A stretch of 61,802 nt of DNA, counting the filler, from Choristocarpus tenellus KU-1152 (lineage: Eukaryota; Protista; Phaeophyceae): assembly GCA_964200185.2 (NCBI GenBank). It is 13 parts of 13 records of this genome, joined end to end, with 100 filler letters (N's around TTAATTAATTAA, not from the genome) between each part and the next. Parts side by side here need not be neighbours in the genome. Positions count along the whole stretch, not along the records: positions 49,854 to 53,852 come from CAXNAD020016735.1; positions 53,953 to 56,869 come from CAXNAD020023670.1; positions 56,970 to 61,802 come from CAXNAD020012882.1; 10 more parts are not named here. One strand, 5' to 3'. Both the position numbers and the translations under genes were made by a program. The notes under the pieces were generated by a model, which saw nothing but the letters and a program-made list of their open reading frames with translations, ran no database searches and was not told the origin of the DNA. Positions 50,890 through 61,802 of this stretch are shown piece by piece. Every line of letters starts with the position of its first letter. Position 1 is the first letter of the stretch.

Positions 50890-53644
50890 CTTAGAAATCT
50901 TGGCATAAAGTCCCTTGAGGTCTGCCCCAGCTTCATAGGGCTTCACCTCGAGCACAATCTGTGACCTGTGGCCGCCATAAATAGATGTTCACCATGGATA
51001 GACATGATACCAACACTCACATATTCTACCAACAGTGTTTAAACAATACTTCATGCCATCATTCATTGGTTTCTTTTAAAGTCATACCATTCCATGAACT
51101 CTACCACTTGGACATAAATCAATTTCCTGGAAGGATCCCATCGCTCCATAAACTCACACTAAGGACTACAACTCCTTTCTGAGGAAGGGGTAACAGATTT
51201 TGGAATCCTATTTACTACTCATACACTTATCCACTGGAAGTGTAGCTCCTTCCTCTGCCATCACAAAGAAAGCCAATGACACATGAAACACTGCAATGCA
51301 TAACATGCACCTACAGTGTATGTTTTGTGCAGGATTTGTAAGGGTTTGGGGGCAGATTGTCAACGTCAATAGGGAAACAATCTCTGGAAGTAATCTTCAG
51401 TTGCCCTCAGGCAATAATTGTACATATTATGTAGCTCTACAAATCACTCAGCTCCTCGGCCTTGAGGAAATACACAGGCAATACATACCTCCCCTGCTTG
51501 TGGTTGGGTTCTTAAGGTGTGGTACAAGGATTTTAATAATAATAATTATAATAATTGCATTATCTTATGAATATTATTAACTGGCTCAGCTTGGGCAACA
51601 TGTATCTCTATACTAAAAGCAGGGATATATCAAACCTCGGAGAGGAACTTAAAAAAAATGTCTGACACCCTTACTGCACTTTGCTGCAGATTAGAATAGA
51701 ACCTAGCCACACACATGTCCATATGGTATATGTTCCTCTTTTTTTTTTCTTCTCGAATACAAAGGTACAGACCACTCTTGAACAAGACTCTACCAGACAC
51801 ACCCTCTTGACCCTCTCAACCCTGTTGTTTCAATAAACCATCAAAAAATCAATATCAACATCAATGTCCACAAGATATTTGCACAGAGCTAAGGCGTGAG
51901 GTTTATCTATCTCAGCATTGCAAATCTCTCACCTGAAAAAAAGTAGAAAGTGGGGTCAAATATATCACATTTTAAGATGGAAACACATCTAAGCTATGCC
52001 TGACAAGACTATCTCGGTTGTCTATACCTGGCAACTTTCTTCTTAGCATCCTTGGCTGCCTTAGCTGCTGACATAACCTCTGCACGACTCGGACCCTTCT
52101 TTTCCTCCTTCTCCTCATCTCCAAAGAGGTCATCCATATCATCGTTGTCCTCCCCCTTCTTCTCCTCCACCCCAACAATTGCCACCTTAGCCACCTTCTT
52201 TTCCTTGGCTCCTTTCTTCTTCCCTGTTGCATCTCCTGCACCTGCACCTGCTCTTGCCCCTGCCCCTGCCCCTGTCCAGCTTGCACGCACCGCTGGTGAA
52301 AATATCCCCACAGTGTTGAGCCACCCTTGTACCCCAGGACATGTGGTTGAGGACAGCACCCCCATAGGAATGCTTCGTGCTGTCTCATACACAGCAGCAT
52401 CGTCTGGGCCTGGCACAGAGCCGCATAGGAACCGGGACCCCTTCAGCTTCGCCTGCAGGGCACAGGAAAAATTTGTTAGCACAGATAACACAGATGAGGC
52501 GATGAATGACTTCTGATGAGCTAAGAGATTAAGAAGAAATAGGGAAAAGGCCTAGCTGTCAACAAGTGTATCATCCAACAGTTACAAACTAGAGGTGCAA
52601 TGAATAAAAAACAAAAGGTTACTGAGGTGATGAATATAATACAGAGTTTAAAACTTGTAAAATAAAACTCTCCCTTTTTGGTTGTGAGAATATTGACTGA
52701 GGGGGGGGGGGAGGATAGCGAGTCAATACTAAACTATGAAAAATTGGACGGAAGAAGGAGATAGCAGCAGGGGTGTGTGGAAAGTCTAGCCCCCATCACA
52801 AAACACTGTATAATGTCTAAACACAATCAAGCAACTGCTGTTTATCAAATGGGTACTATTGACCAGCATAACAGCACACCATCATATGCATGTAAGTAAT
52901 AAATTACTACAAAAAACAGGTGACACAGGTTATCAGATGCATACAAACCAGAGCATTTCACCAAAAGGGAACACAAAATAAAATATTACCCATAAGATAT
53001 TTGTAGATACCCTTACAACTTACATGAAATCGATGATCACTACTGTGGATAGCAGAGTCATAAAGACCAAAATCGTTCCATACTGATAAACAAATGCTGG
53101 ACAAGTGGAGAATAGTAGTGAAAGCATACCCCCATTCCATATTCAATATCCATTCTTTTACCACACATCAATCTTCCATTACCATCCCCCCCATACCTCT
53201 ACCGCGAATGCAATACCCTAAGAGACAAGTGACATCATCAATAATCACATTCAATACACATCCAAAAATTCCCTTACAACGGCTGCCCACTGCCCACCAC
53301 ATAACAGCAAATCAAAAAGCTAAGACAAGGAGGCAGGCCGCCATGATCCACCTACTCAAAGTTGGAAAACTACTTCCCCCTCTCTCCCCCACCAGTGTTG
53401 ACCACCTCTATCCCTCATCCTAGACACACTGTACCTCCAATTTCTGAAGGCCTGCTGCTGTGCCAAGGTCAACTCCATCCAGTGACGTACAGTCCTTGAC
53501 TACAAATGCCTTCGAGACAGGAGACCCTTTCCCTGCCCCCGAAGCAGTGGGTGTTGCCACAGGAGTTGTTGCTTGTCGTGCGGAGGCTACAGAGTCTTCT
53601 GATGGCTTCATAGCAGGAAACAGGAGCACTTCCTTTATGTTGTT
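50890..53644 (-). CDS. KARS: Lysyl-tRNA synthetase C-terminus fused to an elongation factor 1-beta (EF1B)-like module (partial, spliced)
   Basis: Exon 53435-53644 begins NNIKEVLLFPAMKP (class II LysRS C-terminal signature) and runs without a stop to VDLGTAAGLQKLE. Exon 52028-52452: AKLKGSRFLCGSVPGPDDAAVY..GVQGWLNTV..DDMDDLFGDEE..AKKKVAR. Exon 50890-50965: SQIVLEVKPYEAGADLKGLYAKISK (start of the EF1 GNE domain). All GT..AG and in phase. Confidence 0.88.
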
Positions 53645-53952
53645 CTTTACAGGCAAATCACAAGGAAGAAAATAACAAAGGGGATCAAGTTAGGAAAGTT
53701 CAAGAGGTGTCCTGGTGAGGTAAGGGCAAGTCAGCAAGGAGTACAGAGGTTGGTGTATATGTGTGACGAAAGGGGGGGGGGGGGGGGGGGGAAAAGAGAG
53801 AAAAAAGGGGGAAATATTCGGTGGATTTTTTTTATAAAAATTGTTTCCCCCANNNNNNNNNNNNNNNNNNNNNNNNNNNNNNNNNNNNNNNNNNNNTTAA
53901 TTAATTAANNNNNNNNNNNNNNNNNNNNNNNNNNNNNNNNNNNNNNNNNNNN

Positions 53953-54077
53953 CATAACCAGGAAAGGTGCACTTACATTATCCATCCGACATATGCAACC
54001 GAATCACCTAAAAACCGCAAGATGAAAAAATTGTCCCCAAATGGAGAGCCACCACCCCCTCCCAGATACTTTGAGCC
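53953..54077. mobile_element. MITE subfamily B, truncated at contig start
   Basis: Internal sequence plus CCCAGATACTTTGAGCC. Confidence 0.85.
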
Positions 54078-55161
54078 AGTACTTCTCTGGAACAATTGAA
54101 GTTAGGTCAATTCAGGTAAGAATATATCGAGTCCTATCCAAATTTGCACCTATTAATCCTGTCGCTCTAAGATCTCCTCCTTTCAAATAATTGATTTAAG
54201 TTTGATATATTTAATTGTTTTCCGTTAAAGACTTGTAACACGTCATTTTACACAGTGACTTGTCGAGGAAAACAAATGGAGAAGGGTTCCACAATATAAT
54301 GTAATAATCTTCAACCTCATTTTATACTAAACAAAGGAAACTCCATAATGGGTTTTGTGTGTTACGTCATTGGCCAAAAGCATTATGTTAACACCTTATT
54401 CCTTACCCCTTCGCTATTTATTTCTGAACCATACACCAATATTTTATACTTCCAAGTACTACATATTATTAATTGCTCGCAAGTTTTTTTTTCCAACGTG
54501 GGACACTTTTTCAATTGCTTTGATTCCAGATGTGATGTGTATTTATTCAGACAGAGGTGGAATAGTCGTGTGATAGTCAGCGCTCAATACGAATCATTGA
54601 GCTATTCCTGCACAAAAAAAAGTAGATTAAATTCTGTGCATTGATGTTGCTAACAGTGTGAAATTAGGAGGGTAAGGTAGACGATTTTTCTAACCACACA
54701 GACAGGGATTTTGTTTTAAAGACAGTTCACTCTTCTTTGCTGCTCATTTTTGATTTCGCTGCAGTCGTATACTCCTTGCACGCATCATATGGAATTCAAC
54801 TCAGGTACAACAACATCCTGCTCATCCGGTGCTACTGCCTTCTTGAACACAATTGAAAAGGACAATGTTCTGGAAGATGCTGTATGACTATCTAGTGCCT
54901 ACATGAACAACACTGGAAAGGAAAGAGGGAATCCTGGAGTTTTTTTTTATGATGCAAATCAGATATTTTATATCTATTGCTAACGTGGAAGCAACAGTTG
55001 CACATATTTATTGTTGCTCAGTGAGAAAAGAGGAATGCCTTGAAAAGCAGCTCTCTAAATAATTGGGTTTTGACAGCAAATAATAATGGGATGCGTGGAA
55101 CGAGAGAAAGCCAAACCAATTGGGACGTAGGCAGGTTTGGACCCTCTTGTATTCTATGTCA

Positions 55162-55421
55162 GGGTGAAAGTATCTTAGAGGGTATGAGTTTTGCCCGGTT
55201 TGTCCGTTTGGGGCTTGGCTTCCCATGGGTTCCTTGTGACAATTTTCCTAATCGGAAATGTTTCGGAATAGGTAAAATGTTTACGTTACGAAAAGATTTG
55301 TTTGGAACAACGAGATTTTACAACGAGATAACAAACACGATAGCCAAAATTACATTAAAATCGCAACATTGGATTTGGTCCCCAAACGGACGTGGCTCTA
55401 CCCTCTAAGATACTTTGACTC
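55162..55421. mobile_element. MITE subfamily A, full length
   Basis: GGGTGAAAGTATCTTAGAGGGTA ... TACCCTCTAAGATACTTTGACTC; flanked by TCA/TCA. Confidence 0.9.
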
Positions 55422-57010
55422 TCATCTATCTCACCCTATCCGATACCTCTATTTCATTGCTCCTTGTACATCATACTAGTGTACGCAATATTGATATTCT
55501 CCTTTTCAAACAGAAAGTGACTCCACAATTCAGCAAAGAAGGCTCTTTCTGTGATCGTACAAAAAAATATTCCCTTCTCGGGACCCTTGCATTGCAACCC
55601 TGCCTACCTCTCGCTTGGTTTGACTCAAACACCACTAGTGCGTTGAAACACACATGTAGTAGTATAAATGACATCGTACATTACATGTGAATACTTCAAA
55701 ACGTTTTACCTTAGGTAAAAAACAAAGTCAGTATTGAAACATTAGGGTGTATTGCAGGACGATTGCATCTGAATAAGTCACTATGATAGACAAGCTATCA
55801 ATATGTTGGATTTCGAATAGTGTCTGATCCTCCCTTGTTAAAGAAGTTTTCGTTTCCCAAGACTTCTGTATATAATTGTATTGAAAAATTCTTTGTTGAG
55901 TTGGACAGGATGTAGATGAAGTAAGGGAGGAGAGAGGAGTAGAGCTTCAAGCCTAATGGGGGAGTGCCCTCATCACCAAATCAATCCTATTACATCGATC
56001 ACTAACCAGTAGTCACTAACTACAAATCACAATCATCACTTACTTCCTACGCTGTTTCCTATTCCTATCTCTTTCCATATTTTAGTTCATTAACCCATAC
56101 ATATCTTCTAGTATTCAGGATACAACCATCTTCTCTTCCATCAACTAGTTGTTTCTTACATAAAATACTTCTAAACGGATATTGAAACCACATTCTTGAC
56201 ATCCCCCAACCCTGGCAATGCTTCAACGTGATAAGCAGTAATTTGGAGTAAGACTGTTTCAGGTATTATGTTGTTTTCTAGCTGTGCAGTGCATGGATGG
56301 TCGACACAAACAAAATATACCTATATCTTTCAGATGCCTGCACATAGGTCTCAGAAAGGGGTAGGTTCTGTAACGAGCCTCGACATCAAAGTCTACATGC
56401 ATGTGTGTGTGCTTTTGTTTTTATTTTTGCCTCACTTCCAGATTAGCCATCTGCACACGGCTGGACTTTGGAGTGTCTGGCTTCACTTGGTAATCAATGT
56501 CACGTCCAGTGGCACAAAAATTCTCGCAACCTTCAACCAGTTGTCATTTTTCAGTCTGTCGAGTGAGTAAGGATGGCATATGCGCACACTGAAAATAAGT
56601 ACATCTATCTGCAAAGTGACAGAATCAATAATACACGGTGTGAAGTTTGTCCTAGATTTTGTACACACTGCAGTGAATAGTACGAGCACAAAAAAAAGTA
56701 TGCTAATATATACGCAGGCACAACCGTTTGTTATTTCCTAGAACAACGCAAAGCCAAAATGAAGACAACAACTAATTGATGCTCAGAATGTATTTTTTTT
56801 CTATGAGGTTGCAATACTCCATTATCAAAGGCCTCTTGTGTGAGAGCCACATTCCACAGAAGGTATACCNNNNNNNNNNNNNNNNNNNNNNNNNNNNNNN
56901 NNNNNNNNNNNNNTTAATTAATTAANNNNNNNNNNNNNNNNNNNNNNNNNNNNNNNNNNNNNNNNNNNNATACTTTGAGTCTTGGAATTGGTCTGGACAA
57001 ATTAATGAAA

Positions 57011-57190
57011 GGCTCAAAGTATCTGGAGGGGGGGTGGCAGCTGTCCATTTGAGTCCAATTTTGTCCATGTCGCAATTTGTGGATAATTTGGTTGCATTTG
57101 TCGGATGAATAATGTAAGAGCACTTTTCCCAGTCAGGGACCAAATGAACACCCTGGTGTAGAACCCCCCCCCCCCCAGATACTTCGAGCC
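57011..57190. mobile_element. MITE subfamily B, full length (a further TIR tip at 56970-56981)
   Basis: GGCTCAAAGTATCTGG ... CCAGATACTTCGAGCC. Confidence 0.88.
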
Positions 57191-58301
57191 TTTTTGGTGA
57201 AAGAAATAGAGCACACAGACCAATTCCCTTCATACTACGTTCCCAGCCAGAAAAAAAGCTCTGTTTTTTTTTTACGTGTATGGGTGTGTTGACTGTCTTG
57301 TGGGAATCTTCATCACTTAGTAGTTGAAGAGGCTGTTCCGTGCATGAATTTTACGGGCTCGAACCCCATCAACACCACACTTCTCTTGAAAGAACGTTGG
57401 TTCCAATAATCCAATTCCATGTGGGAAAAACAACGGATAGTACATTAGTGTACTATTCTGTCTGTGGCTATACCACGAAATCCCTGGACCAAGATTGAGG
57501 TGGTAAAGTCAAGACGGGTCCATCACGAGATTTGAGAGATAAGGCAAAGCAATGAGGAGGGGGATTGCTGAACCCAACCAACTTGCTGAACCCAACCCGA
57601 AACAAAAAGGCATGAACAGGGCCACTACAGTTTGCATACTGCAACGGTTGGTCTTAGTAGTTAGTATTCATGATGAGAAGTAGTATGGTGTGTAGCGCCT
57701 CTGTTAGGATAGTCCTCAGACTAACGCAAAGACAATAAGAGAGCAATAAAAGCAGCAGCAATGATGAGAAGATTAAGTCTGTCCTCAATGGGTCATGCAG
57801 CTATCATATGTTTTTAGAGAGGGGAGAGGATAGGAGGAGGAAGGAGAGCAGAGGAGAGGAGGAGAGAGGACATGCTCATGTGTTATTGAACAGGTAGCAT
57901 ATGGACGCAATCGTGCTGCAACCGGGAGAGCAAAAAGTGCAAAATAAAATCAAATGTGATGAGAAAAAAGAAGCTCGTGCATGAGTAGTGTGTACAGTGC
58001 ATGTTATCAATACATACATAACATTTGTTGCTGTAAGGCAAGAAAAAATAAATGGACATCTGAATTCGGTGGCCAGTTGTGAAGGGGGGGTGGAGTAGCC
58101 GAGGGCTGTGCAATGACTTTCAAAACTATCCTTCAAGGCCTGAAACATTCTCAGTCAAAAAAAGTAAAAGAGGTTTCCAAAGGTTTGGCAAGAGGATGCT
58201 TTGACCTCCTTGAATACACATTTTGACCATTAAAAAAGAAAAAAGAGGAAAAAAGAGGAAAAAAATAATAATAATAAGTACATGCACTCAAAAAAACAAA
58301 C

Positions 58302-58472
58302 CTCGTTTTGTCGATCGACACTGGTGCTCAGCAGGCCCTTCAGGCTATCCACTTCCCGTGCAGGGAGGGGCTGTCCCTGTTTAGATCCGATTAGTCTCGC
58401 AGCTGCAACACACTCTTCCACTACCTGCAGATGGGACACACCAGCCTGACGCAGCAGAATGCTGAGCTTGTT
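58302..58472 (-). CDS. Probable internal exon of an unknown protein
   Basis: Polypyrimidine tract-CAG acceptor, 57 codons (NKLSILLRQAGVSHLQVVEECVAAARLIG..DRQNE), GAG|GT donor; GC-rich island in low-complexity surroundings. Confidence 0.55.
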
Positions 58473-58494
58473 CTGGAAAAAGAAATTAACAAAT

Positions 58495-58655
58495 GGGTGA
58501 ATGGATGGGGTGATTGGATTAATGGGATGATTCGAATGAATGGGATGGATGGGATGAATGGGATGAATGGGATGGATGGGACGAATGAATGAATGAATGG
58601 GCGGATGGGTGGACGGGCAGACAGACGGACGGGTGGATGCGTGGATGGATGGGTG
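58495..58655. repeat. Degenerate (GATG/GAAT)n simple repeat
   Basis: Directly visible; gives spurious HPIHPI ORFs. Confidence 0.85.
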
Positions 58656-60246
58656 CATAGTGCTAGTCGCAGTGGGCATACAGGCAATGTGAGGGAGAGA
58701 ATAGAGGAGATAATACACAACCGTCACAATAGTAAATATTGTCAAATCTGTGTAGGTTGTTTTCAGGGGGTAAACCAAACAGTGACAGGCACATGAAGAA
58801 AAGAGTGTCTAGAAAAGTCAGGTTGGGGTGGGAGGGTAGTTTATCCGAAAAATGTGAATAAAAAATAATCAAACCGTGTCAAAAAATGTCAATTCAGAAA
58901 AAAAAAAATACTAGCCCATTTCAGCATTCCCCTCATGTTGACGGCATTGTCTCTGTCTATAAATGAAGAATGTACATCCACATACTTCATGTTTTCTGAC
59001 CCAGATGCACCTGCATTACGCAGTACTATGCATAGTCTACTGTTGTTTGTCTTGTCTTTTTTTCATCCAATCACAACATCAAAAAAACTCCTCTCTGTTT
59101 ATCATTTTTTTTTTGCATACACGCCTGACTTTTTTTTTCAAAGTACCTCCCACATTCTCCTGTACATTACATCGCCCATAGCTGTGCTGCATGCTTATAG
59201 TAGAGTACACTTTACTGAAAAAAAAAGAAGAAGAAAAAAAGTATGGCACAAATGAAATATTCTTTAAAATGGTAGTGTTCTTTTTTGGAAATGGTATTAG
59301 CCGCAATCCTCCTACACTAAATTACATTACATTTTGGAGCACGGAGCGTGTAGATCTCAACCTAGAAGGTGCAAAGAACAAGCAGAACGATAAAAATGAA
59401 TAGAAACTAAACAAAAAATACATTTAAGAAAAAAAATAAAAAAAACACCTTTCTTTTTTTTCTGGACTAGTTGGTTATGTTTCAGTAATAATACTGTCAC
59501 TGCGTTAGACAAGCAGCAGTCTACGTGCGCCAGCTAAGAACTTGTAAAAAAAAAATGTGCACATAAACGCGCGATTTAACACAGGTACGGTTCCGAGATC
59601 GTTCCTTTGGCCATGGAAAGAACACTCTACTTTTAATAAATAAATGGAGAGATAGAGAGGCTTCAATTAACCTTCATTAATTAAATGAACTGTAAGAGTC
59701 ATGTGACATAGTGCAACTAACTGTATTGCCCCATTCTCACCCTAACCCTCACCTAAATTTTAACCCATTTTTCTCAATGAGCAATACAAACAAAAGCCCT
59801 CACACTAAACCAATAGTTAAAATCCTAAGGTCAAGCCTGCTGATGAGGAACGAGAAAAGCATAGACCCGACATGCTGTGTACCTCAACAAATTTCGAAGA
59901 GGTTCGACTCCTATTAAGACCCCCTTAATAAGAACAAGGATACACCTGCAAGGAGACCATTGCCTGAGGAGGACAAAAAAGTCTCAGCCGAGCCAGAACC
60001 TGTCCCATCCATCGCACACATAACAAGAGAGAGAGGGAGAGAGAGAGAGGAAATAAGCGTTACATTAAAATTACATTAAAATTACATTACAATTACATTA
60101 AAAAAGACTTTTAAATATGACCACACGAAAATAAAAAAGTGCCTCTTTATATAGACTTTAACATCGTTTGGCAGGGGGCAGGGGGGAAGTGGGAGGGAGT
60201 TCCAACAAGCATGAGTACAAAACCCCTAACAAAACACACACACATA

Positions 60247-60303
<57 letters not shown>

Positions 60304-61802
60304 GGATTAGGATAGAAATATAAACAAATACAACATGCTAATTTCTGCTATTACTTACTACCACATCTACATGTATCAAAAAATATAAATGCAAATATGC
60401 AACCCTAACCCTAAATACATTCCACAAACATGTCCATTTTAACAAGCTCACAGGTGACCCTCATGCATGCACTTCACAATAAAAAGAAGCGATTTCAATC
60501 CCTTGATCTTTCCATCCACCTCTGCATCGCCAGAACCGGCCGGGCCTCTTTAATATTCAGAACAAATTCAACTTAGGTCGCCTTGAACCGGCTCTAGTTC
60601 ATCGCCATCAGCGATTCTCCTCTTTATCGTGCGTCCGCTCGCCATCTCCCACCTCACGTGTTCACATCACAGATACTGGTCGTAATTATTGTTGCATGTG
60701 CTTGCGCTATCAAGCCGCCCACGCCTCCCATGTGACCTGAAGGGCCTGTCTTGCACCGGCTCTATCTTTACCACCTGTATGCCGCTGCGTGCATCGCCTG
60801 TACCTCAATCTTCGGTCTCGCGCGTCTGCTCGCTGTCTCGCATCTCATGCGTTCCAATAATACTACATAGCTCTGCAAGATCGTTCCACGGCACTACCGG
60901 GTACAGAACATTTTTTTAAAATAAAAAGTAGCTTTTCTCGGGCAGCAAATTTTCGTTCACTCAGGACGCATGAGCTCCTACGCAAAACTCCTCCCACTGC
61001 AGAGGGCAACATCGCACTGGACAGCAAGAGAGAGCATAGGAGCAGGCCCTACCTCAACATCATCAGCTGCCAGATGCTCTTTGCCACACACACACACACA
61101 CACACACACACCATATAAACCGGATGGAATCGTATGTACCCCATATAACATATGACTCCAACACCCCTCATTGCCACTGGCCCTCTCTTTCCTCTCTCTC
61201 CCTTTTTGTGGCAGAGGTCACATCAATCGGGCCGAGCACACTTCATTCTCACCAATGCGTCGCAAGAAGAAGGCAAGAAGGCTGCCGTCTCCCAGCGGGG
61301 GAGGCTATTCGCTCGTTAAAGTTTATTTCTATATTTCTCTTACTCATTTTTTTATTATTTATTTCCATACTAATTTATCAATTTATCAATTCATCAATTT
61401 ATTTTCATGTCAATTTATATATTTTTTGTTGCTTTGCTTGTTTGTTCATGACGCTCGCTGTGATGTTCACAAACTGCCGTTACAAACAAAGGGCACAACA
61501 CACAGACACACAGAGAGTTATTGCAACAGCAGCGTATGCCTTCTCAAACCCCCGGCGTGTGACGCAATAAGGTACAGAACTGCAGCACAGCAGTGAGAGT
61601 ACCTTTTTTTTATACAATTATTAAAATTTGGAAAAAAAAAAGTTTTTTCTGGCGTTTTTTTCTCGGCAAAGAGAAAAAATTACAATTCCACCTGACAACA
61701 TTTTTTTGTTAATATATATTCTGAGGTTTGAAAAAAGGGGGGTGTATCGTTTTACGTTTTGCTCTTTCCTACTGTTTCGGAAAAAAATTCTGAGACGGTT
61801 CT

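Noticed and set aside
54760-56570. Possible plus-strand exons at ~54765-54881 and ~56442-56564
   Set aside because: Splice-like ends but no recognisable motif or consistent exon chain; not supportable.
3879-56969. Recurring TTAATTAATTAA flanked by N runs as a biological repeat or array
   Set aside because: Identical 100-nt artificial spacer with six-frame stops used to concatenate contigs; ORFs ending in X..LIN are artefacts.

Overview
Eukaryotic, intron-rich nuclear DNA. An ochrophyte such as a brown alga is my best guess, inferred from gene content, long microsatellite-rich introns and scattered TTAGGG motifs. The window is not one locus: it is 13 short contigs joined by an artificial 100-nt linker (N44-TTAATTAATTAA-N44), so adjacency across linkers means nothing. 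Spliced, mostly partial genes recognised: a KDM5-type JmjC demethylase, a conserved uncharacterised protist protein, an ABCG transporter, an HVA22/TB2-DP1 protein, a trehalose-6-phosphate phosphatase, and a lysyl-tRNA-synthetase C-terminus fused in frame to an EF1B-like (elongation factor 1-beta) module. Also present are tRNA-Ser(UGA), a pogo/Tigger transposase relic and about 18 copies or fragments of a two-subfamily MITE. The two strongest candidates for something new are: (1) the LysRS-EF1B fusion (50890-53644); (2) a 2.7-kb contig (34986-37685) where a ParB/Srx-like gene and a Cys-rich transposase-like gene diverge from an AT-rich spacer built of ~270-bp tandem repeats carrying a long palindrome. 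All exon structures and family calls were made by eye from motifs; no database search was run.
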